Assembly (NCBI RefSeq): GCF_001949145.1
Contig: NW_019091356.1
Location: 2,302,932-2,366,931, forward strand
Direction: 5' to 3'
Length of the DNA stretch: 64,000 bases
Origin: Acanthaster planci
Lineage: Eukaryota
The translations under genes were made by a program, and so were the position numbers. The first letter of the stretch is position 1. The number at the start of each line of letters is the position of its first letter. Under the pieces are notes generated by a model. The model saw only the letters and a list, made by a program, of their open reading frames with translations. It had not been told where the DNA came from and did no database searches. Positions 48,859-58,668 of this stretch are shown here, in pieces.

Positions 48859-51294
48859 ATGTCCGCATACAATGTTCCCTGCCTGGCAGTGCCTGCAGAG
48901 AAGGTTTGCCGAGACATCGAATGTAGCAGCCCACCACCACCGCTGCCAGCACCACCACCAAAGTGTAATGTATACTGACATTTTTTTCTGTACAATTTGT
49001 TGGTGCTTAGCTTTTTGAGTGGTTAACTTCGTGTTTTCTCGTGGTGAAAACAAGATATATTTTAGCACCATTTCATAAATCATATATTTAACAGAGAAAC
49101 ATTTTTAATTACTCCCATTTCTAGGCATGGTGGAGTGCCCATCCTGGTTGTGGTATCTTTTCCTGCTATTAGTTCCCGTTGTTATAGCCAGCGTGTGTGC
49201 AATACTGTAAGTCTTGTGTTGGCTAATCTTAGCCACAATGCTGCCAAGATTGAACTTGGAAAGCATTAGTTTATGTATTGGTTTCTGGTCAAATTTCCAA
49301 GGTTTGGGCTTGTCTGCTTGTTGTTGAGGGGGGCAGATTTGCATTGCAGCCAGTAACCATGTACTTGATTAATATGTGTGGTTACTTTAAGCTAATTAAC
49401 TTCCTTCAGTCAGTTTGGGGCTGCATCTTCTACCGTCAATTCACTTCCAACTTCTTTTCGAACAATTCTTACAAGCTTTTCTAGGGAGCATTTCATTATT
49501 TATCTGAAAGAATATTATCTAAGTAAATAAAAAGATTTTGTTGGTAGCAAGTCCAACTTTACACATGTCAACAAGACACAGGACACTTATGATTGCGTTC
49601 TCTTTTATAATTCATATATCTGGTATCTTTGTTCTTTTTGTATCATTGACAACTATCAGTTTAATAGTCTATGTACCTATTTATGTATTAAGTCTATTTA
49701 ATGTGAAACACTATGTTAATCAACTGCATCACTGAACAGCAGTCTGGGTGCTCCGTTACCGGAGGATTCTGTCTCCTCTGGATGTCACCCCCATTTTGCA
49801 CCTACTTTTTTTTTTACATGTAACAAGTTATAACTTAACCCTAACCCTCCTCAATCCTTCACGTGTTGGAGGATTGAGGAGGGTTAGGGTTAAAGAACTT
49901 ACCAATATACTTTATCAATGTAATTTTGTGATTGTTACAAAATGGAAATAAAACGCCAAACCAAACTGTATGACCGATTTTATGCGCAAGTCGTAATTTA
50001 GTAGTCAAGTTGCATAAATATTAATTTCTGTGTTAAGGAATACTTTGTGTTCGGCTGGTGGTGCCAACCAGGTCATTGTGAAAATTATATCGACATTCCG
50101 TCTGTCTGTCAATTCTCTCCTTCCCCCCTCATTACTAACACATTGAGATGCTGTCTTTCTATTCTTAGGTATCGCAGGAGAAGACGGCCGGGAAAGAGTG
50201 ACGATGTTGGTTCGGGTTCATGCGCTCGCTATCCTCCCGTTGCTCAATCTAAAAGGTGAGCGGCTTTACGTGTGATCACGCTGGTGTCTGTCACTCGTAC
50301 ACAAATGACAAAGATCCACCATGCCTCATTTGCTGGAAAATGGAGGCGAAGTCTTATCTTCACGGGTCCAACATGATGACAGCTTTGTTGATGTCAATTT
50401 TCTGAGTATTTGCTGGCCCCCCAAAAAATATTGTATTAACCTCGATCTTAGATTATCTCTGGAAATATAATTTGTCGATCAAAGGTAAATATTCTTCCAT
50501 ATTAAGGGAAATAATGGGGATTGTACAATTCGATTGAAACGTGTTAACGAAGGATTTTGCTACGACCTATGAATTCATTATTTTACTGGCCCAATGAACT
50601 AATCTTCAGGCATAGATTTCAGAGTACGTATCCCACAGTGCGTTTCATTTGTATTATTTTTTGTAGTAAGAAATATAGTTTCAACTTCCTGGCGTCACGC
50701 CCCAAATCAAAGGGAAAACCAGATGAAGAGAGAGTGGCTGGGGAAGACCCACATCGTGAGACCAATGCCAGAGCCTCTCAAGAGCAGTCGGGTCCTTCAG
50801 GGGCCACGGCTACCACTAGCAGTCCACAGCGCTCGTCGCACACCACAGAGAATGAAAGGAAGAGGTCTGGAAGCAAGACTGGAAAGGTAAGTCCGGAGGG
50901 AGAGGTCACGAGCAGGCCAGCCAGTGCCACCAACAATGCCCGAGTAAGGTCTCAGCCGCAAGGACCCAGCGAGAATGGTGCAAAGGCGAGCAACATGAAA
51001 CAGGGTGCGGCAGAAACCCCAAAGTTGAAGAAAGTGCCCAATGAGAAGAGGGAATTAAACAACGCCAGCAGAAAGGCACCAGCTGCCAGTAACGTCAAAC
51101 CAAGCGAGGCCAAACCCCCCGACTTAAAGAAAGTGCCCGACGAGAAGAGGGAATTGAACAACAGCAGCAGAAAGGCACCAGCTGCCAGTAATGTCAAACC
51201 AAGCGAGGCCAACCCCCCCGACTTAAAGAAAGTGCCCGACGAGAAGAGGGAATGGAACAACAGCAGCAGAAAGGCACCAGCTGCAAAGAAGTAG
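48859..51294 (+). CDS. Paralogue E: uncharacterised single-pass membrane protein with polyproline ectodomain and 33-aa tail repeats, ~300 aa
   Basis: Exons 48859-48964 (MSAYNVPCLAVPAEKVCRDIECSSPPPPLPAPPPK), 49125-49206 (CMVECPSWLWYLFLLLVPVVIASVCAIL), 50169-50255 (YRRRRRPGKSDDVGSGSCARYPPVAQSK) and 50667 (or 50679)-51294. Phases 1, 2, 2; upstream in-frame stop at 48823; AATAAA at 52778. Confidence 0.8.
49835..49893. mobile_element. 59-bp TTAA-flanked hairpin mini-MITE, copy 2
   Basis: TTAA-CCCTAACCCTCCTCAATCCTTCA...TGGAGGATTGAGGAGGGTTAGGG-TTAA. Confidence 0.75.
51025..51285 (+). repeat. 99-bp (33-aa) coding tandem repeat, ~2.6 copies, in the paralogue E tail
   Basis: Units start at 51025, 51124 and 51223: LKKVP(N/D)EKRE(L/W)NN(A/S)SRKAPAASNVKPSEA(K/N)PPD. 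Confidence 0.95.
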
Positions 51295-54211
51295 ACTCTC
51301 ATCCTTTCCCCAGAAAGGAAAATTGCACCCCCCACCCCAAGTGCATGCATTAACTGAGATTATGGAGCGCAAACCAAAAACAATGAAGGAAAGAAAATGG
51401 GGGGGGCGGGGCAGCATCAGCGTATCAAGAACCCCCCAAATTTTGGGCCATCAAAGGAATGATACGACACGTTGAAAGAATTGTGGGCGATATAATCAAC
51501 TGTGGGGAAGATACATTTTGGGAAAGCAAAATGCACAGTAGAATTTTGGGAAATAAAGCCAACTTGTGCCTGGATCACTTTCATGGTGAACTTGGGAGAA
51601 AAAAAAGGAAAACAGAGGGCAGCTGAAAACAAAGTTTTTAGGTACAGGCAGGTAGATTTTTTTTCTGGAGAAGTTATGTAACTGATTTATGTGGACAGGG
51701 CGGGATGATTACTTATGTTTGGATGATTGCATGTCCTTTTGTCTCATAAGTTTACATAATTGTATGCTAGATGCACTTTGATCATTTCTGTACATAAGTG
51801 CCCTACGTTTTGACAGAGAAGGGGCTTGGTAGACACCAGACCACCACGCTGCCATGCTCCCTTGCAAAATCCTCCTGGGTCTTCACACCTACAGCTTGTG
51901 CGTACTTTGTTCCGTGAGTGCATGAAGGATGTGTGAAGGCACATGGGTGGTCTGTCTCAATACAGTACAGCGCCCCCTATTGTCCATGCGCCAGGAGTCC
52001 ACAGAGGTTGAAAAACCTGAAATGCCTTGTAAATTGCAGATTTTGGCTCTTTTTACAGCTAGCTCCAAGCAGACGCATTGTGAATTTCATGTACTCACAC
52101 TAAATGACATTTAATTGTTTCATGCAGACAATCTTATTACATGCAGCGTTATTCTAATCAGTCATTTCATGTTTGGCACAGAATGATGCGGTGTGGTGTC
52201 GTGATTGCCTATGAACTTTATGCGCATCCATATTGCACCAGATGAGTGTGGTTATTCCGTGCATTCCTTTGTTTCTCATGGTAGAAGTAGACTTCTAATT
52301 GTTCTGGCTTTTTCTGAAAGGACACAGAAACTTAAAACAATATCATGTTATGTTATTTCTGTCTCATTCAGTTAGTATAGTGATACCAGCTTGGTGTGTA
52401 AAACATCCAACTCATTTTTGGAATATATTTCTGTGGTATTAGATACTCGGTATAATTCTATATATGTATACACATGTACCTTATGTAAATAATTATTTCA
52501 AACATGTAAACCGGTGTATGAGATATTCTGTACATTTGCAGTGGAGTGATTGTTAACCAGGGGCCTTTTCATTTTCAAATTGATGTGAAATTCTTCTGAA
52601 CAATTTGACTGTTGTTAGCCATAAAAGGGGAATCGATAAATGAAATGCAGGGTATTTATTTTTGTGCTCAAAACTAGATATTCTAACTGATTTTATGATT
52701 ATTCCACATTGAACACACATTTAAATTTACAGACACAACTGACCTTGACTGTGGCATATTGCTCAGACGTTGAAAAGAATAAAATCTTAGAATTACTTTC
52801 CTTCCTCACAAAACCACAATCAGTTTTATCTATTATCAATAAAAAAAGGAAGTATTTTTTAGCAAGCTGATCTACAGCATGAAATAGAAGGGGTAAAATC
52901 TGTTATCTTTGCAATACATTGTATATAACATTGACCCCAGTAGCCTTTGCTATTTTTATGCTGGTTGGGATTTCCATGCATAAAGGTGTGGCTATGATTA
53001 CTAATGCTCAAAATATGCACGCCTGGCGTGTGGCCACAAATGTCTTTATTTGGACGTGGCATTCAGGGAGAATGCATTTCTGACGTTGACTGTGACACAG
53101 ATGACATGTGAGTGGCAGTGGCTTCCCACCTGCCCCTGGCAAACAGTAGTCTGGAACCACCCCCTGAATTGGTGTGATTTATACATGTATACACATTTTC
53201 AGTACACAAAATCAGCAGTAGGCCTTTGTGTACTTCCGTCTCAACAAAGGTCATGCCAGGCGCACAGATATGGAGGCTGATAAGAGCCCTTCAAATCAGG
53301 CAATTTATTTGGTATTTTTCTGACAACAAAAAGAAAAGAGGCTTAGTATGCTGATATGGAGGGGCCGAAGCAAGGTTCCTGGTCAAACTGGAAGGACGGG
53401 GTACCATCCAGTATATCTCCACAGATTAAGAGGCTAAGTGTATCGGGTCAGGAAGGTGCTTGCCTGTTGCCTGTCCGTCAACGTTGTATTCGTCTGGGTT
53501 CTGAAAAGTAATCTCCTGGTGGCCTACATAAATTTCTTGGGAGTAGTGAGAGGGTGCCCTTTGCTTCCACAACGTAGTTTGCTGAAAATATCGATCAAAC
53601 TTAAAGTTTAAAAGAGGAAGACTTTGCACCCAAAATTCGTGGATGGTCTCCCTTGTGTATATTGAATGAGCTGCATGTAAGCTGGCTTAACACATGTCCA
53701 TGATTTTATATCTTTGGCACTCCCCTGGAGGAGAAACGAAGAGGTCAAAAACAAATTTTGGGACCCGCTGCTTAAGCAGCCACTTCACAATTAATTCCGG
53801 AAGCTGTTTACACAAATCACAGCTCAGCTCCCTATTTGAAAGGGCTCAAAGTTTAAATATGAAACAAGTTGCAGTCAGAAATGATAACCTGCGACTTCTG
53901 GAGACCATCAGAAAAAAAACACCGAGCAACGAGGGGTACCGGACCGCGTCAGACCAGCCTCTTGTAGACAACAGTCCATTTGTTGACCATTACCTCCTTT
54001 GATCATACAAAATATGCATTTACAAGTACCAGGGTCTCCAGGCAGAAACACCTGTCCAGCTATTGGTAGACCAACAGCTGCTGTGCTTGTATTTTTTGGC
54101 CACTGTTTCCTTTTAATCCATCAACAGGCACAAATTCTACAAACGCACCGACACCGGTAAACTCAAAACAATCTTGGAAACTCGTACATACTTTTCTCCC
54201 CCATTGTACAT

Positions 54212-54217
54212 TTTATT
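54212..54217 (-). terminator. Probable cyclin T polyadenylation signal (implies a ~3.8-kb 3' UTR)
   Basis: AATAAA on the minus strand followed by GT/T-rich sequence; 54.2-58.0 kb is AT-rich, non-coding and TGTA-rich on the minus strand. Confidence 0.45.
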
Positions 54218-57205
54218 GACAGTTTCTTATTTGAACAGAAAAAAACAATTCAGTAAAACATAATAAATGTTTACATGCAATTAAGTTGCCCTTTTTTTTC
54301 CATTCATGATTGGGGAACTAAAATTGACCCTTTTTTTCACATAAAACATCCGTTCAGCACTTACTAGCACAAGTTAATAAGGCAAACACAGAAGACACTT
54401 ATTTTTTTGTGTTGTTTTTCCACTTAATATTTTTTAACAACATAAACAAGATTTTGGTGTCATCTGTCAGCAAGACCCGATTTCAGGGTCATAGGTAAAT
54501 ATGTTGTTTACAAGTAATTTGCTGGAACCAGATATGACAAATACGCTCCACTCACAAAATCCTAGCCGTTTTATGGCTGTTTCATGTAAGGCAAAATATT
54601 TCTGCTTTTAACATTTTCAAACGCTAAAAATGGAACAGGTGAACAAGTCCACTTCACACCCAGTTCAACATTTGGCAGGTACCAGAAATCAACACAAATG
54701 ACAAATTACTCGGTCTGCAGCTAGATTTTGGTACCTGACATAAACAAGGATAGTACCTGTGCAAAGCCTATTGGAGGTTTTTAATAGACTTAGAATTCAA
54801 TTCTAAATCAGTCAATTTTGACACACATTTTCCTCCCCCTTTTGTTCCACTTATCCCTTTGCTTACGCAAAAAGTTTCTCAGTAAGTGTCAATTTAGAGG
54901 AAGTCTGAAGCAACATGCCATGCTCGGCTTAAACAAATTTGTGCGCTTAGCAGCCCTGTCATTTCTGTAAGCAACCTGTGCCAATTTACAAGTATTCAGA
55001 CCTTGTTAATCACTGTATGGCCCAGAGGCCATTGGTACTAAAACAGCAGACCTAATCCCTCTGTACAGTAATGACCACAAAATACTCTTGAATGACTGGA
55101 GCCAAAGAAAAACAAAACAAACGAACCAAGTTAATTATTAAAAATTAGTTTTCATTTACATATGTACTACACTCCCATTGGAGCCATTTGTGTATTGTCT
55201 TTTCACAACAATGCTCCAGTGGTTCAAGTGTTTTTAAGTTTGTCCTGAAAGTACATAGTTATAACATAAGGCTACATATTCATTTACACACATGTAATCA
55301 GTCCACTTGAAAACTTACATAGTTACATTGTTGTAAGCCTGGCAAAGGACATGCACATATGCATTATTTGTAACAATTCTCGATAATGAAACGGCCCGAG
55401 AACTTCTTATACCTGAAGAGAGAACATTTCTGCTGTCTCTCCCCCCAAAACGTCCATGTTTTTTTACCTGATGCTCAACTCAAAGGATTATGCACAATCA
55501 CAAGCCAGACTGGTAACACGTTTAATGTGCTTCCGTTTCACTAACAGGTGGAGTTGTTAACTGGCATTTAGCACTGGACCGTACCACTTCAAAAAAATTT
55601 GCCAACAAAAATCAGAGGAAGAACGTGTGAACAGAAAATATGTGAACACTTCAGGCCTATTACATAATGAGAGCACCTGTAAAAAAAAAAACAAAAAAAA
55701 ACTCTTGTTTTAAAATTCTTACACTTTCAGTCTTGTACCAACATGAACCTTTATTCTGTGGAACTCATAAAGTGCTACTTCGTGACTTTCCAACAATGAC
55801 GTTCAAAATCCCTCTGAACTGTTTCAATAAGGTTGGAAACAGATCAACAAATTCCTGCCACTTCACAAGACGAAAAAATATATCACAACAAAAAAATGTT
55901 AAAAATTCTTCAAATAAGCTAAAAAGCTGTAACACAAATAAAGGAGAAAATGTGAAGTGTTTGTGTAGCACATAAATTCATTATGCCCAAAATATCTATG
56001 TCAGTGGACCCAATCTGGAGAAACTTGAGTACAACTTTTTTTAAAAGCTGAGTTCGTCAGAGGCATTATTTGGAATAAATTATTTCTCTAAACATCCATT
56101 TAATTACCGTTATCTCCACATACATGTACTTCCAATTGTAAGCCCATACTATCACACACTCAGCTAGGACACAGTACACATTTTAATCCATTGTTTTTAT
56201 ACTTATTTACAGTCAACAGAATTATGGGAAAATGTACAAAAATGTTACCGCTGCTACCAGGTGTTACACTCGATCTACTTTTACCAACAAAAGATCTTCT
56301 CAACTACAAATCTGTCAATAGTATGTTTTCTTCCTTTGTTATTAAGATTCAAGAACATATATTGACCATTTGTTACACATGTACGCATTTAAGTTTTAGT
56401 AACTTTTAAACTAATAGAAACATTACAGTCTTATTTTCCTTCACTGTCATTTCTCAACTTCAAGCAAATACCAAAAGGCAAATATATAAAAGCTGGTGAG
56501 CTTACAATAATAGCTACTTTTCTGCTATATTCAAGCAAGCATCCTTGCCGGTTACAACCCACATATACTTGCTTCCATGAGGCAGATCTATATACGTGTA
56601 TTTCTTTAAAGCTCAAATAGTGATTGATTGGGGAAAGGCTTCATGGCTCAACAGGAGTCCACACAAGAACGACAGTTGATCTCTCCAAGCGAATACAAGC
56701 GGGCTTTGACACAACTGAAACTTCGCCCGCTGAACCAGATGAACTCTTCAGTTCAAAACGACCAACTGCTACGGTTTCATAGATCTTCTCTTCACATCAG
56801 CACTGGTCAGTCAGCTTAGCAAATCAATTATAAATTCTCTTGTAAATAATTCTCCTGAGGAGCCAATGAAACAATGGTCTGCTTTATAACTATAAATCAA
56901 ACTTTGGGTCACAATGTATCTGTAACCTATTGACTTGTTCTGACATTATTCAAGAAAAGCTAACTGGCTGTGGTGTGACAGATTTCCCAAGGTTAACAGG
57001 CCTTTTGCATTCCATTATTGGTTGCTGAATAATTTCAAGTTCCATGTTGTCTTCTTTTGGGGAGGGGGAGATCTCACTAGACTTGGCAAGATGTATATGG
57101 ACTCAAATTGGAAAGCTGGATTTGGAATGTCAGAAGGATGTGAATTATTTTCTCAATTCTCACTAACAACCGAGCACGTCTCATTCGGGTTGATGAGCTG
57201 GGCAT

Positions 57206-57372
57206 CAGTGTTGTATTAGAGTCCATCACAAGTCCCTTCACAAGGCCAGTCATAACTAACAGGGTAAACAATGACAGAAGAATGCTCGTCACAGCTCATT
57301 TGAATAGCTTGTGAATTGGCTTAAGACTGAACAACTTGTGATGGACTTGTGAAGGACTCGAACACAGCACTG
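57206..57372. mobile_element. ~165-bp MITE, copy 1 (in putative cyclin T 3' UTR)
   Basis: Ends CAGTGTTGTATTAGAGTCCATCACAAGT and ACTTGTGAAGGACTCGAACACAGCACTG; the interior is the reverse complement of 63330-63468. Confidence 0.7.
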
Positions 57373-58028
57373 CAGGGATAAGACATATTGCAACCATTCT
57401 CAGCACACTAGTTTAGGTCAAACATCTCCAGACATGACATATGGCTTGTACTGAATCCAAGTTTCATGAGAGCTGAAAGTTGCACGAGTCTTGCCAACTG
57501 AGAAAGTGGACATGATTACAAACAGACAAATTTGCCATGCAGTTACTTCCTGCTCACTGCTGTGTAAGTTTTCCCCGAAACCTGAAAACTGAATTTAAAG
57601 AAGACATCAATTTGTGAATAATTAAAAAACATACTACACTGCCTACTTTTTTTCACATATTTAACTTCTTTCCTCCTTTACATTCAAACTCCTTGAGTAA
57701 TCCTCTTTTTTTTTAGTTATATAGTTCGGTATATAAACCCAATACATGTTAATGTCTAGAAAAGTATTCGTTTGTGAAACCAAGAATGCAAAAGCAAAAA
57801 TACAAAACGCTTTCTCATCAACCATTTACATTGAAAGAAGGCAACTCTTAACAATTGATTGACAGCGGATCTTTCAACAAAGACTCCAAATAAACATTTA
57901 ACCATCACATTACAGGGAAATACTACAACATTCAAGATGACTTCCTTGTGTCTGCTCTTGTACAAGCAAGTCACAACTGTGCAAGAGAAAGAAATGTCCA
58001 AAAATACTGTAACAAGCTGACGTCACTC

Positions 58029-58668
58029 TCAAACAGGCGGGGGCGGTGGAGGAGGGGGCAGGTCCTCCCTTGGGGGAGGTGGAGGAGGGGGTGGATGGTC
58101 ATTGGATGATTGGTTGAAGGAGTACGGGTACCCAAAGCCCTCGGATGATGGTAACGCAGTCACTGTTGTCAGGGGTGCGTGGTGAGAGAAGTCGTGTGTA
58201 CTGTAGAACTGGCCTGTGGAAGCGGCGTTGTGACCGTCATAACCGGTGTATCCGGAAGCAAGATCCATTGGCGGCATGGGCAGACTCAGCAAGGACTGGT
58301 CGCTGGGCAGGAGGGATTTGGGATGCGGGCGGCTCTCCCTGCCGTGTGCTCTTTTCTTCGCTGGCGAGGATGCGGCGGGGGATGGGTCCCTCCCTCCCGA
58401 AGACACCGAGTCGGATCGACTGTGCGACCTCTTTCTCTTGTGAGATTTGTGGCTGCCATCGTCACCCCGTAGGTGACTCCTCGATTTGTGGTGGTGCTTG
58501 TGGTGTTTGTGGTGGTGGTGGCGGCGATGACCGCTGGACTTGTCAGACCCTTGTTCTGCTTCTGGACAGTAGTCCGAATTGGTGTAGGCTGCCTGCCCTT
58601 TGGACAGACTCAGCTTCATCACCAACCCCGGCGAGCTGGTCTGCCTGCTGGTCTCGGGCGACGACTCT
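58029..58668 (-). CDS. CCNT: Cyclin T C-terminus (His-rich domain and polyproline end), in a shifted frame
   Basis: Adding one A to the A5 run at 58668-58672 joins ...GTAKK to ESSPETSRQTSSPGLVMKLSLSK...HRRHHHHKHHKHHHKSRSH...PPPPPPPPV*. A His tract and Pro-rich end are expected for cyclin T. Confidence 0.78.

Noticed and set aside
49835..49893. TTAGGG/CCCTAA read as an interstitial telomere
   Set aside because: At most two units per arm, embedded in a fixed-length TTAA-flanked palindrome; better explained as a MITE.
50952..51350. Minus-strand hydrophobic repeat ORF that looks multi-pass
   Set aside because: Antisense of the 99-bp Lys-rich repeat in paralogue E.
53420..53800. Exon-like minus-strand patches between E and cyclin T
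   Set aside because: Short frames with stops and no recognisable product; no gene could be assembled.
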